Shown: positions 9,565-19,907 of the stretch, piece after piece
How positions within the stretch are numbered: position 1 is the stretch's first letter
Layout: every line of letters starts with the position of its first letter
Source: Clostridia bacterium
GTDB taxonomy: Bacteria > Bacillota > DULZ01
Direction of reading: 5' to 3'
Length of the DNA stretch: 64,000 nucleotides
NCBI GenBank assembly: GCA_012840125.1
Contig: DULZ01000022.1
Span: 19,150 to 83,149, forward strand
Notes under the pieces: model-generated
The model's input: only the letters and a program-made list of their open reading frames with translations
The model's database searches: none
What the model was told of the DNA's origin: nothing
Position numbers and translations under genes: made by a program

Positions 9565-10791
9565 ATGGAGAAAAAGCTGTGGGACATTTTAATCGTGGGC
9601 GGCGGTCCTGCCGGCCTGGCGGCGGGGATCTACGCCTCCCGGGCTAAAATGCAAGCCCTGCTCTTGGAAAAAGCCAAACCCGGGGGGCAAGCCGCCACTA
9701 CTGAGGAAATGGAGAATTACCCCGGTTTCGGCAGGGGCGCCACGGGGCCCGGCATTATGGAAGCCATGCGCAAGCATGCGGAGGAATTCGGCACCACCAT
9801 CATCAAGGAAGAAGTCGTGGATGTGGAACTGGAGAGCCATATCAAAAAAGTGATCACCAAAAGCGGCAACGTTTATGAAGGCAAAGCCCTGATCCTGTGT
9901 CCCGGCAGCAAACCGCGCTCTTTAAACATTAAAGGGGAGCAAGAATTTATCGGTAAAGGTGTTTCCTGGTGTGCCACCTGCGACGCGGATTTCTTCGAGG
10001 ACCTGGATGTGGTGGTGGTGGGCAACGGTGACGCCGCCATTGAGGAAGCCATGTATCTCACCAAATTCGCCGAAACCGTGACCATTATCGTCATCCACGA
10101 TGAAGGGATCCTGGACTGTAACAAGGCCAGCGCCGAAAAGGCCTTTGCCAACCCCAAAATCAAGTGGGTCTGGAATTCAGTGCTGGAGGAAATCAAAGGG
10201 GACGGTTTGGTGGAAGCGGTGGCGGTGAAGAACCTGAAAACGGGCGAAATCTGGGATCTGCCCACCAACGGCGTGTTCTTCTTTGTCGGAACGGTGCCGC
10301 AAACCGGTTTTCTCAAGGGAAAGCTGGAACTGGATGCCCAGGGATACATCGTCACCAATGAAAAAATGGAAACCAGTGTGCCCGGTGTCTATGCCGCCGG
10401 GGACTGCCGGCGCAAGTACCTGCGCCAGGTGGTAACAGCAGCCTCCGACGGGGCCATAGCAGCGGTGGCGGTCGAGAAATACCTGGCGGAGGAGGAAGCT
10501 TTCCAAGTACAGGTGCTGGAACAAAAAGTGCCGGTGGCAGTGGTGTTCTGGGCCCCGCAAAATGAGAAGAGCATTGAAATGGTATCGGCCCTGGAGCAGG
10601 CCATGACCGGTTTTGAAAAAGCGAAGCTGGCGAAAATCGACGTCTATCGCAACCAGCTCACGGCATCCCGTTACCAGGTGAAGGAAATCCCTGCAGTCCT
10701 GGTCTTCCGGAACGGGGAAGTGGCGGCCAGGTTTGAAGGGGATTTCCAAGCGGATGAAGTGGTGCAGCAGATAGACGCCGGTTTGGCATAA
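9565..10791 (+). CDS. trxB: thioredoxin reductase with C-terminal redox-inactive thioredoxin-fold extension
   Basis: FAD motif GGGPAGL, redox-active CATC (WCATCDADF) and NADPH motif GNGDAA. An extra C-terminal domain of about 95 aa has a Trx fold, but WAPQNE replaces the WCxxC. Confidence 0.85.
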   Translation: MEKKLWDILIVGGGPAGLAAGIYASRAKMQALLLEKAKPGGQAATTEEMENYPGFGRGATGPGIMEAMRKHAEEFGTTIIKEEVVDVELESHIKKVITKSGNVYEGKALILCPGSKPRSLNIKGEQEFIGKGVSWCATCDADFFEDLDVVVVGNGDAAIEEAMYLTKFAETVTIIVIHDEGILDCNKASAEKAFANPKIKWVWNSVLEEIKGDGLVEAVAVKNLKTGEIWDLPTNGVFFFVGTVPQTGFLKGKLELDAQGYIVTNEKMETSVPGVYAAGDCRRKYLRQVVTAASDGAIAAVAVEKYLAEEEAFQVQVLEQKVPVAVVFWAPQNEKSIEMVSALEQAMTGFEKAKLAKIDVYRNQLTASRYQVKEIPAVLVFRNGEVAARFEGDFQADEVVQQIDAGLA

Positions 10792-10830
10792 ATGGTGACT
10801 AAACTGAGACCATAATTAGGGGGTGAGCAG

Positions 10831-11148
10831 ATGATTATCGTTGACAAGGATAATTTTCAGGCGGAAGTGCTGGAGGCTGAGGGGCTGGTGGTAGTGGATT
10901 TCTGGAGCCCGAAATGCGAACCCTGCCAGGCGCTGATGCCGGAGGTAGCCAAGTTGGCGGAAAAATACAGCGGCCAAGCCAAGTTCTGCAAGCTGGACAC
11001 GGCCGCGAACCGGCGGCTGGCTATCAGCCAGAAGGTATTAGGATTGCCCACCATTGGTTTTTACCGCAACGGCGAGAAAATCGCTGAACTGACCAAAGAG
11101 TTTACCATTGATGACGTGGAAGCGAAACTCAAAGAACTGCTGTCATAG
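10831..11148 (+). CDS. trxA: thioredoxin (CEPC active site)
   Basis: 105 aa Trx fold with WSPKCEPCQ and a conserved cis-Pro (GLPT) region. Confidence 0.85.
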   Translation: MIIVDKDNFQAEVLEAEGLVVVDFWSPKCEPCQALMPEVAKLAEKYSGQAKFCKLDTAANRRLAISQKVLGLPTIGFYRNGEKIAELTKEFTIDDVEAKLKELLS

Positions 11149-11173
11149 GGCAATACGCGAGGAGGTGACAAGC

Positions 11174-12460
11174 ATGCGCTTAGAAATCGGCAACATTTAT
11201 ATCAAAGACGTACGGTTCGGCAGTCAAACGGAAGTAAAAGACGGGGTGCTATACATTAACAAAGAAGAGCTGGCCAGGGTCACCGCTAATGATGAGCGGA
11301 TTGCTTCCGCGGAAGTCTTTTTGGCCAAGCCGGGGGATGAAACCCGAATCATTCCGGTCAAGGACGTGATTGAACCCCGGGTGAAAGTCTCCGGCTCCGG
11401 TGGGATGTTCCCCGGCTTTATCGCCAAAGTGGATACGGTGGGCGAAGGCAGAACCCACGTGCTGAAAGGTACCGCTCTGGTGACCACCGGCAAGATCGTC
11501 GGCTTCCAGGAAGGCATCATCGACATGTCCGGCCCCGGCGCGGAGTATACTCCTTTCTCCAAGACCCTGAACATCGTGGTCAAAGTGGATCCCATCGACG
11601 GGCTGCACCAGCACGAGCATGAAGCCGTAGTCCGCCTGGCGGGCTTAAGAGCCGCCGCATACTTGGGCGAAGCGGGTAAGAACGTGGAACCCGACGATGT
11701 GCAGGTATACGAAACGAAACCCCTCCTGCAGCAAGCAGCCGAGTATCCCGATCTGCCTAAGGTAGCCTATGTCTACATGCTGCAGACCCAAGGATTGTTG
11801 CATGATACCTACGTCTACGGCGTGGATGCCAAGCGCATCATCCCCACTTTGATTTACCCGACGGAAGTCATGGACGGGGCCATCGTCAGCGGTAACTGCG
11901 TCTCCGCCTGTGACAAGAACCCCACTTATGTGCACCAGAACAACCCGGTGATCCATGATCTGTACGCCCGCCACGGCAAGGACTTGAATTTCATCGGCGT
12001 GGTCATCACCAATGAGAACGTCACTTTGGCCGATAAAGAACGTTCCTCCAACATGACCGCCAAGCTGGTGGAGTTAATCGGCGCCGAAGCCGTCATCATA
12101 TCCGAAGAAGGTTTCGGCAACCCCGATGCGGACCTGGTCATGAACTGCGCCAAGATTGAACAGAAAGGCATTAAGACGGTCCTGATTACCGACGAATACG
12201 CGGGGCAAGACGGTGCATCCCAGTCCCTGGCCGACTCCACGCCCCATGGTGATGCAGTTGTGACGGCGGGCAACGCCAACGAAGTAATCACCCTGCCCCC
12301 CATGAAGACTGTCATCGGCTATCCGGAAGTGGCCGATGTGATTGCCGGCGGCACTGCGGGCAGCTTAAAACCCGACGGCAGTATCACCGCAGAAATCCAA
12401 GTGATTACCGGTGCCACCAATGAACTCGGTTACCATTATCTCACCGCAAAAGGGTTTTAA
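11174..12460 (+). CDS. grdE: glycine reductase component B proprotein (alpha/beta subunit precursor) GrdE
   Basis: Starts [16 protein letters not shown], typical of GrdE; about 428 aa. ATG with GAGGAGGTGA RBS; the track ORF starts earlier at 11108. Confidence 0.85.
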   Translation: MRLEIGNIYIKDVRFGSQTEVKDGVLYINKEELARVTANDERIASAEVFLAKPGDETRIIPVKDVIEPRVKVSGSGGMFPGFIAKVDTVGEGRTHVLKGTALVTTGKIVGFQEGIIDMSGPGAEYTPFSKTLNIVVKVDPIDGLHQHEHEAVVRLAGLRAAAYLGEAGKNVEPDDVQVYETKPLLQQAAEYPDLPKVAYVYMLQTQGLLHDTYVYGVDAKRIIPTLIYPTEVMDGAIVSGNCVSACDKNPTYVHQNNPVIHDLYARHGKDLNFIGVVITNENVTLADKERSSNMTAKLVELIGAEAVIISEEGFGNPDADLVMNCAKIEQKGIKTVLITDEYAGQDGASQSLADSTPHGDAVVTAGNANEVITLPPMKTVIGYPEVADVIAGGTAGSLKPDGSITAEIQVITGATNELGYHYLTAKGF

Positions 12461-12504
12461 CAGCGAATGGGAATTTAATGACTAAAGAAAGGAGCGAGAT
12501 AGAG

Positions 12505-12948
12505 ATGCTACAAGGGAAAAAAGTAGCCATCTTGGGCGACCGGGACGGCATTCCGGGTCCGGCCATCGAGGAATGCGTCAAGTCCGCCGGCGCGGAAGTG
12601 GTTTTTTCCACTACCGAATGCTTTGTCTGAACGGCGGCCGGTGCGATGGACCTGGAAAACCAAGCCCGGATCAAAGAATTAGCCGAAAAATACGGTAACG
12701 AAGACCTGATCGTGGTCTTAGGCGGTGCGGAAGCAGAAGCCAGCGGTTTAGCCGCCGAAACCGTATCCCAAGGCGATCCGACTTTTGCAGGTCCATTAGC
12801 GGGAGTCTCGTTGGGACTCAAGGCTTATCACATTTTCGAACTGAAAGACGAAATCGACCCGGCAGTCTACGACGAACAAGTTAGCATGATGGAAATGGTG
12901 CTGGATGTGGATGCCATCGTCAACGAAGTGAAGACTTACCGGGGCTAA
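12505..12948 (+). CDS. grdA: glycine reductase selenoprotein A (in-frame UGA selenocysteine at 12628-12630)
   Basis: [18 protein letters not shown]...[18 protein letters not shown]... matches the GrdA CxxU redox motif. The ORF track shows only the post-UGA half (12646-12948); the same frame continues upstream to an ATG with GGAGCGAG RBS. Confidence 0.9.
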
Positions 12949-12973
12949 TTGCCACAGAAAAGGGGGGATCAGC

Positions 12974-14278
12974 GTGAAGCGCGTGGTACACTATATCAAC
13001 CAGTTCTACGCAGGTATCGGCGGCGAAGAGAAAGCGGACCACAAGCCGGAGGTCCGGGAGGGCCATGTGGGACCCGGGATGGCCTTTCAACAAGCCTTCA
13101 AAGACGAAGCGACCATTGTCGCCACCGTCGTCTGCGGGGACAGCTATTTTAATGAGAATATGGACACGGCTTTAGCGGCAGTCCTGGACATGATTAAGCA
13201 ATATGAACCGGATTTGGTCCTCGTAGGTCCGGCTTTTAACGCCGGCCGTTACGGGGTGGCCTGCGGCGCGGTGGCCAAGGGAGTGGCCCAAACCCTGGGC
13301 GTGCCGGTAGTCGGCGGCATGTTCCCGGAAAATCCCGGTGTCGACATGTACAAGCAGTACGCCTATTTCATTGAGACGGGCAACTCCGCCGCCGGCATGA
13401 GGAAAGCCGTGGCAGGCATGTCGGCCCTGGCCCTGAAACTCTTGCGAGGCGAAGAAGTGGGCGAACCTGAAACCGAAGGATATATTCCCCGGGGCATCAG
13501 GAAAAACTTCTTTGCCAAAGAAAGAGGCTCCAAGCGGGCGGTAGATATGCTCCTCAAGAAGATCAGAGGGGAATCCTTTGTCACCGAATATCCCATGCCC
13601 GTCTTTGACCGGGTACCCCCGGCTGCCCCGGTGAAGGACATTACCAAGGCTAAAATCGCCTTAGTATCTTCCGGCGGCCCGGTGCCCAAGGGCAACCCTG
13701 ATCATATTGAATCCTCCAGCGCTACCAAGTACGGCAAGTACAGTTTGGCCGGCATCAATGATCTCAACCCGGACAACGGCCAAACGGCTCACGGCGGTTA
13801 TGACCCGGTCTACGCCAACGAGGACCTGGACCGGGTGCTGCCGGTGGACGTCATGAGAGAATTGGAAGCCAACGGAGAAATCGGCAGCCTGCATGAATAC
13901 TGGTACTCGACGGTGGGTAACGGCACATCCGTGGCCAACGCCAAGAAATACGCGGCGGAAATTGCCCAGGACTTACTGGCAGCAGGAGTGGATGCCGTCA
14001 TCCTGACCTCCACGTGAGGGACCTGTACTCGTTGCGGTGCAACGATGGTGAAAGAAATTGAAAGAGCAGGCATTCCTGTGGTGCACATGTGTACGGTAGT
14101 ACCCATTTCCCTGACCGTAGGTGCCAACCGGATTGTCCCCACGGTGGCGATTCCTCACCCCCTCGGGAACCCAGCCTTGTCCCGGGAGGATGAAAAAGAG
14201 CTGAGACGGACGCTGGTCCGGAAGGCCCTGATGGCCTTGCAAACGGAAGTCAGCGGGCAAACTGTGTTTGAGCAGTAA
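12974..14278 (+). CDS. grdB: glycine reductase protein B selenoprotein subunit (in-frame UGA selenocysteine at 14015-14017)
   Basis: ...DAVILTST-U-GTCTRCGATMVKEIERAGIP... is the hallmark GrdB/GrdF/GrdH Sec motif. The ORF track splits it into 12974-14017 and 14045-14278 in the same frame. A CGTTGC ggt GCAACG hairpin just 3' of the UGA is a candidate bacterial SECIS. Confidence 0.9.
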
Positions 14279-14372
14279 TTGCCTTGTCGGGGCGAGGTCC
14301 CTGTGCCGCCCGGGCCGAGCCAGTAGAGGGCTCAGGTTGGTTCTCGCCCGTGCAGCAAAATGTCACGCTCAA

Positions 14373-14410
14373 GGGGACACCTCCAACCGGTGTCCCCTTG
14401 CAGTTTTTCA
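14373..14410 (+). terminator. internal hairpin/attenuator between grdB and grdC
   Basis: GGGGACAC ctccaaccg GTGTCCCC, then ttgcagTTTTT. Confidence 0.4.
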
Positions 14411-14430
14411 ATAGTGGTGGAGGTGAGACG

Positions 14431-15969
14431 ATGAATTACCCGGTCATTAAAGGTGCCAGTTATGCTTTAGTGCATGCGCCGGACCTGGTGCTGCATTTAG
14501 GTACCACCCAGACTTCGGAAGCTTTGAAAAACCCCAATTCGGAACATTTACAAAAACTGCCTGAACATTTTCGCACCTTTGCGGAAGCGGTGCAATACGC
14601 CCCTAACCAGGTGTATATCGGCAACATGGAGCCCGATGCCCTGGCGGGAATTGCCAAGCCCTGGTATGAAAACCCGGTGGAAGGAGCCCAACGTTTCGGC
14701 CGCTTCGGGGAAATCATGCCTTTAGATGAGTTTTTCGGCCTCATGAAAATTGTGGACGCCTTTGACCTGGTTCACCTGGAAGACAGCTTCCAAAGCCGGG
14801 TGAAAGAGAAACTGGCGGCCCACCCGGTTTTGCAGGGGTTGAAAGACCTGGGCAAGTTGGACAAAGCCGGCACTGCTTTAGAAGCCATTCGGGATTTAGT
14901 AGCGAAAGACCTGGCGGAAGGCATGTATCTCGACGGCAAGCTGGTGGGCTGTGTCAAGCGAGCCCATGAGTTTGACGCGGCTTTATCCCACCATGTGATG
15001 TTTGAAAACCTGGCCAGCAAAGCCTCCGCCGTCCTGGCCTTAATGCACTTGTTTGCCAAGACGGGCCTGAAACCGGAAGAGGTGGATTATATCATCGAGT
15101 GTTCCGAAGAGGCCTGCGGCGACATGAACCAGCGCGGGGGCGGCAATTTTGCCAAAGCCATCGGGGAAATCTGCGGCTGCATTAACGCCACCGGTTCCGA
15201 TACCAGGGGCTTTTGTGCCGCGCCGGCCCATGCTCTGGTGAATGCGGCGGCCCTGGCCCAGGCAGGTGTGTATGCAAACATTGTCGTGGTGGCCGGCGGC
15301 TCGACGGCGAAACTGGGGATGAACTCTAAGGATCATTTGAAGAAAGGCATGCCGGTGCTGGAAGACATGATCGCCTCTTTTGCCGTCCACGTCAGCCAAA
15401 ATGACGGCGTCAGCCCCGTGATTCGCACCGATATGATCGGCAAGCACAATATCGGTTCCGGGGCTTCACCGCAAGCGGTCATGCAAGCCATCGTGATGGA
15501 CCCGCTGGAAAAGGCCGGCATCAAGCTAAGTGACATCGATCGCTTTGCGCCGGAAATGCAAAACCCGGAAATCACCGTACCGGCCGGCGCCGGGGATGTG
15601 CCCAATGCCAACTACAAGATGATTGCCGCCTTAGGGGTGAAAAAGGGGTATCTTGAAAAAGAGAAGCTGGCGGAAGAAGTGGAAAGGTTCGGCATGCCAG
15701 GCTTCGCCCCGACCCAAGGCCATATCCCCTCCGGGGTACCTTTCATCGGCTTTGCGCGGGAAATGATCATGGACGGCCGCATCCGGAGAGCCATGATCAT
15801 CGGTAAAGGCAGCTTGTTCTTGGGCCGCTTGACCAACCTCTTTGACGGGATCTCCTTCATCATGGAGAAAAACTCCGGCACAGTGGAAACGGGGGTTAAT
15901 AAGGACGAGATCAGGCTGATGATTGCCGATGCCATGCGCGACTTGGCCAAGGCTTTCAAAGGAGAGTAA
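14431..15969 (+). CDS. grdC: glycine reductase complex component C subunit beta GrdC
   Basis: Starts MNYPVIKGASYALVHAPD, as GrdC does. ATG with GGTGGAGGTGAG RBS; the track ORF begins at 14284. Confidence 0.85.
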   Translation: MNYPVIKGASYALVHAPDLVLHLGTTQTSEALKNPNSEHLQKLPEHFRTFAEAVQYAPNQVYIGNMEPDALAGIAKPWYENPVEGAQRFGRFGEIMPLDEFFGLMKIVDAFDLVHLEDSFQSRVKEKLAAHPVLQGLKDLGKLDKAGTALEAIRDLVAKDLAEGMYLDGKLVGCVKRAHEFDAALSHHVMFENLASKASAVLALMHLFAKTGLKPEEVDYIIECSEEACGDMNQRGGGNFAKAIGEICGCINATGSDTRGFCAAPAHALVNAAALAQAGVYANIVVVAGGSTAKLGMNSKDHLKKGMPVLEDMIASFAVHVSQNDGVSPVIRTDMIGKHNIGSGASPQAVMQAIVMDPLEKAGIKLSDIDRFAPEMQNPEITVPAGAGDVPNANYKMIAALGVKKGYLEKEKLAEEVERFGMPGFAPTQGHIPSGVPFIGFAREMIMDGRIRRAMIIGKGSLFLGRLTNLFDGISFIMEKNSGTVETGVNKDEIRLMIADAMRDLAKAFKGE

Positions 15970-16001
15970 GTCTAAAATCTCCTCATCAGGGAGGTGAGAC
16001 G

Positions 16002-17171
16002 ATGGATAACCGACAAATCCGTGCCACCATCGGGACGATTTTTGAAGAAATTGCCGATGGTTTGGTTACCGGCAGTTTTGGCAAGAAAGTAAGAATAGGG
16101 CTCACCATTCTAGGCAGCGAGCACGGTCCCGGGGAAGTGATGCAGGGAGCGGAACTGGCCCAAAAGCAAAACCCCGACCTGGAGGTCGTACTGATCGGGA
16201 GCGGCGTCGAGACTGCTTTGGCCATGGTGCCCGCCCAAGACGAGAAAGAAGCCCACGCCTTGATGGACGATATGCTGGCCCAGGGCGAGCTGGACGGGGC
16301 CGTGACTATGCACTACAATTTTCCCATCGGTGTCTCCACCGTGGGCCGGGTGATCACCCCGGGCCGGGGCAGGGAAATCTTCCTGGCCACTACCACCGGC
16401 ACTTCCGACACCGAGCGGGTATCCGCCATGCTCAAGAACACCCTTTACGGCATTGCCACCGCGAAAGCCTGCGGGATCCCTAATCCTACGGTAGGCATCC
16501 TGAACATCGAAGGGGCCAGGCAGTTGGAGCGGGCCCTGCTCAAATTGCAGGAAAGGGGCTATCCCATCAACTTCGCCCAGTCGGCCCGGGCCGACGGCGG
16601 CCTGGTCATGCGGGGCAATGACCTGCTGCTGGGCGTACCGGACGTGATGGTGATGGACAGCCTGACCGGCAACGTGCTCATGAAAATGTTCTCCGCTTAT
16701 ACCAGCGGCGGCGACTACGAGACCTTGGGCTACGGGTACGGTCCCGGGGTGGGCGAAAAATATGACCGGATTATCTGTATTATTTCCAGGGCCTCCGGCG
16801 CCCCGGTGATAGCCGGCGCTGTTCGTTTTGCCGCCGATTGCGCTAAGGGTCAAATCCTGGCTAAAGCGGCGGAAGAATTTGCTTTGGCCAGGCAAGCGGG
16901 ATTGGATGAAATGCTTGCCACCCTGGCTTGTCCCTTGAAAGGGGATAAGAAACCCGAGGGCGGGGCTCAGGTGTCTGCACCTCCGGCGAAACCGGTGACG
17001 GCGGAGATACCCGGGGTGGAAATCTTAGAACTTGAAGAGGCGGTCCAATTGCTCTGGCAGTCGCATATTTATGCCCAGAGCGGCATGGGCTGCACCGGTC
17101 CCATTATCCTGGTGGCCCCGGAAGACAAAGAAGCAGCCGTAAGAATTCTCAAAGAAGCCGGTTACCTGTAA
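16002..17171 (+). CDS. grdD: glycine reductase complex component C subunit alpha GrdD
   Basis: FabH/thiolase-like fold. Last gene of the grd operon. Confidence 0.85.
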   Translation: MDNRQIRATIGTIFEEIADGLVTGSFGKKVRIGLTILGSEHGPGEVMQGAELAQKQNPDLEVVLIGSGVETALAMVPAQDEKEAHALMDDMLAQGELDGAVTMHYNFPIGVSTVGRVITPGRGREIFLATTTGTSDTERVSAMLKNTLYGIATAKACGIPNPTVGILNIEGARQLERALLKLQERGYPINFAQSARADGGLVMRGNDLLLGVPDVMVMDSLTGNVLMKMFSAYTSGGDYETLGYGYGPGVGEKYDRIICIISRASGAPVIAGAVRFAADCAKGQILAKAAEEFALARQAGLDEMLATLACPLKGDKKPEGGAQVSAPPAKPVTAEIPGVEILELEEAVQLLWQSHIYAQSGMGCTGPIILVAPEDKEAAVRILKEAGYL

Positions 17172-17210
17172 ACAAAAAAAACGGGCGGTTGAATGTTAAC
17201 TGTACTAATA

Positions 17211-17250
17211 AAGGGACAGGTTAGCTTTACCATGGCTTGTCCCTTTATAT
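17211..17250 (+). terminator. intrinsic terminator after grdD
   Basis: AAGGGACA ... TGTCCCTT stem followed by a T/A-rich tail. Confidence 0.45.
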
Positions 17251-17282
17251 TATTATTGACAAAGATTTTTCTAAACGCTAGT

Positions 17283-17302
17283 ATATGAGTATAACATCAT
17301 AT
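17283..17302 (+). promoter_or_regulatory. putative ArsR operator (ATATGA-N8-TCATAT inverted repeat) overlapping the -10 of a TTGACA promoter
   Basis: TTGACA at 17255-17260 with an imperfect palindrome just upstream of arsR. Confidence 0.3.
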
Positions 17303-17321
17303 AATCATAGGTGGTGGTAAA

Positions 17322-17666
17322 TTGGAGCTGATCGTCATACTTAAGGCTCTGGCGGATAAAACCAGGTTAAGGATGCTGCACCTGTTAAAGGAACGGGAAT
17401 TATGTGTTTGTGAAATCGAAGAAGTCTTAGGTATACAGCAGTCCAATGCCTCCCGGCACCTGGATAAACTCCGGAATGCAGGGTTGGTCTGTTGGGAAAA
17501 GAGAGCCCAGTGGGTGTATTACCGCCTCAATGAAGAGACTCTCCGGCATTACCCTTTCCTCAGCGCGATAATTAGAGAAGAGGCCAATAAGCTTCCATGC
17601 TGCCGGCAGGATATGCTCCGGTTGGAGAACGTGAAAGGCTGCGAAAGCTGCTCGGCGCGTCAGTAA
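17322..17666 (+). CDS. arsR: ArsR/SmtB-family metalloregulator
   Basis: wHTH with the ELCVCE metal-binding motif. TTG start with GGTGGTGG RBS. Confidence 0.8.
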   Translation: MELIVILKALADKTRLRMLHLLKERELCVCEIEEVLGIQQSNASRHLDKLRNAGLVCWEKRAQWVYYRLNEETLRHYPFLSAIIREEANKLPCCRQDMLRLENVKGCESCSARQ

Positions 17667-17715
17667 TAACTGAACAAATCTTTATGGGGCTTTTATAAAT
17701 GGAGGTGTTGTCATT

Positions 17716-18789
17716 TTGACAAAGTCGGTAGCGACAAGACTATCCTTTTTGGATAGATACCTTACTCTATGGATTTTCCTGGCTATGTTCCTGGGGGTAG
17801 CATTGGGTTATCTTTTTCCTGGGTTTGCCGGATTTCTGGACCGTTTATCCCTAGGGACTACTTCGATTCCCATTGCGGCCGGACTCATCGTTATGATGTA
17901 CCCGCCTTTGGCTCGGGTTAAATACGAAGAGCTGGGTAAAGTATTCAAGAACCGTAAAGTGCTGGGGCTATCCCTCCTACAAAACTGGGTCATAGGGCCT
18001 GTTCTTATGTTTGTACTGGCTATTCTCCTTTTATCCAACCATCCGGAATACATGGTCGGGGTTATATTGATAGGATTAGCCCGCTGTATTGCCATGGTTA
18101 TAGTCTGGAACTCCCTGGCAGGGGGAGACAATGAATATGCGGCTGCCTTGGTAGCTTTCAATTCCCTGTTTCAGGTGGTGTTTTATTCCATTTACGCTTA
18201 CATCTTTGTGACCCTCCTGCCGGATTGGCTTGGTTTGGGCGGCATGGAAGTGCGGGTATCCATGGGAGAGGTGGCCAAAAGTGTAGCCGTCTATCTCGGC
18301 ATTCCTTTTGCTGCCGGGTTTCTGACCCGCCTTTTCCTGCGGCCTGCCAAAGGGATCGACTGGTATGATCAAAGGTTTGTTCCCGCCATATCTCCTGTTG
18401 CTCTGTACGCCCTGCTGTTTACCATCGTAGTAATGTTCTCCCTTAAAGGAGAGTATATTGTCAACCTGCCCCTGGATGTCATACGCATTTCCACACCGCT
18501 GCTTATCTACTTTACAGTGATGTTTGGTGTGTCCTTTTTCATTTCCCAAAAAATGAAAGTGAATTACGGCCAGACCGCGGCCCTTTCCTTTACCGCTGCC
18601 AGCAACAATTTTGAACTGGCCATAGCCGTTTCCGTAGCCGTATTCGGCATTGATTCCGGTCAGGCCTTGGCAGCAGTGGTAGGGCCGTTGGTGGAAGTGC
18701 CGGTAATGATTGGTCTTGTTAATGTAGCCTTGTACTGGCGGAAGAAGTATTTCAACTCCGGTTCAACGGCCGTGAATACCAATAATTAA
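17716..18789 (+). CDS. acr3: arsenite efflux transporter, ACR3 family
   Basis: 10-TM ACR3 profile with conserved Cys in TM4 (GLARCIAMV). Confidence 0.85.
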   Translation: MTKSVATRLSFLDRYLTLWIFLAMFLGVALGYLFPGFAGFLDRLSLGTTSIPIAAGLIVMMYPPLARVKYEELGKVFKNRKVLGLSLLQNWVIGPVLMFVLAILLLSNHPEYMVGVILIGLARCIAMVIVWNSLAGGDNEYAAALVAFNSLFQVVFYSIYAYIFVTLLPDWLGLGGMEVRVSMGEVAKSVAVYLGIPFAAGFLTRLFLRPAKGIDWYDQRFVPAISPVALYALLFTIVVMFSLKGEYIVNLPLDVIRISTPLLIYFTVMFGVSFFISQKMKVNYGQTAALSFTAASNNFELAIAVSVAVFGIDSGQALAAVVGPLVEVPVMIGLVNVALYWRKKYFNSGSTAVNTNN

Positions 18790-18803
18790 TAGGAGGAAAC
18801 ATT

Positions 18804-19610
18804 ATGGAAAAAATCCGTGAGGAAGTACAGAAACACTATGGTGAGATAGCCCGTCAGATAAGGACGGGCGGGCAGGGATGCTGTTGTGGGCCCAGCAGTT
18901 CCTGCTGCAGCACCATTACCCGTGTAGACATCAACTATCACCATGAAGACCTGTCCGCCTTGCCAACTGAAGCACTCCGGGCCTCGCTGGGATGTGCCAA
19001 TCCCCATGCTCTAGCTGAATTGAAGGAAGGAGAAACCGTACTGGATTTGGGAAGCGGTGGAGGTATTGATGTCCTACTGGCCTCCCGGTATGTAGGTTCC
19101 ACCGGAAAAGTCTATGGTCTGGATATGACTGATGAAATGCTGGCCTTGGCAAACAGCAACAAGGAACGCATGGGAGCAGATAATGTGGAATTCTTGAAGG
19201 GCTACATCGAAGAAATACCTCTGCCGGATGAAAGTGTGGATGTAGTGATGTCCAACTGTGTAATTAATCTCAGCAGTGACAAAGGTAAGGTAATGAGTGA
19301 GATATACCGTGTCTTAAAACCCGGGGGTAGATTAGCCATTGCCGATATAGTATCCACCCGGGAAGTTCCCGCAGAGATCCGGCAGGTTACTTCCTTGTGG
19401 GTATCCTGTATCGCCGGCAGCCTGGGTGTGCAGGAATATGAGCAACTGCTGGCTCAGGCCGGGTTTAAGCAGATCAGCGTTGCTCCGGTAAACTACTATA
19501 CTAGGGAAGTCCTGCAGGGCTTAGGCGCCCAGGAAACCAGCCTAACTGAAGCCCAGTGGGAAATGGCCGATGGCGCTTTCGCCGGTGCTTTAATAAAAGC
19601 GGTGAAGTAA
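18804..19610 (+). CDS. arsM: arsenite S-adenosylmethionine methyltransferase ArsM-like
   Basis: SAM-MTase motif VLDLGSGGG, plus conserved Cys clusters (CCCGP..SCC, and a further Cys in SNCVINL) typical of ArsM. Confidence 0.75.
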   Translation: MEKIREEVQKHYGEIARQIRTGGQGCCCGPSSSCCSTITRVDINYHHEDLSALPTEALRASLGCANPHALAELKEGETVLDLGSGGGIDVLLASRYVGSTGKVYGLDMTDEMLALANSNKERMGADNVEFLKGYIEEIPLPDESVDVVMSNCVINLSSDKGKVMSEIYRVLKPGGRLAIADIVSTREVPAEIRQVTSLWVSCIAGSLGVQEYEQLLAQAGFKQISVAPVNYYTREVLQGLGAQETSLTEAQWEMADGAFAGALIKAVK

Positions 19611-19907
19611 AACAAAACCCTCCTAACCCAGAGCCGTATTTGTGTGGAGACCCCCCGGCTATCACTCAATGTTTTAGATTCCCAGCTTCCCCGATCCTTC
19701 GACCCGGTACGCCACGCCTTTTTTCACATCCCCATCGGCGTGAAGGGCAACGGCAATGGACGCTATCCGGGTTTAGACCGGGGAGTGGTGTTGTTTACCG
19801 GGGCCGGCATCATGAAGACCGGCCCCTTGCCTTGATGTTGGCGTGGGGGCTTTTCCACATCATTTTGTTTGGTTTCTTTACCCGGTATAACCGAGGGTGT
19901 GGAATCG

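Noticed and set aside
11108-11173. N-terminal extension of the grdE ORF in the track (MMTWKRNSKNCCH...)
   Set aside because: It overlaps the trxA 3' end in another frame and lacks an RBS. The conserved GrdE N-terminus MRLEIGN with GAGGAGG RBS begins at 11174.
16110-16895. 261-aa minus-strand ORF inside grdD
   Set aside because: Antisense shadow ORF, with a low-complexity Gly/Pro/His-rich translation.
19611-19835. In-frame ORF directly after arsM (possible read-through or Sec extension)
   Set aside because: The intervening stop is TAA, not TGA, and the downstream piece has no homology signal. Treated as 3' UTR carrying hairpins.
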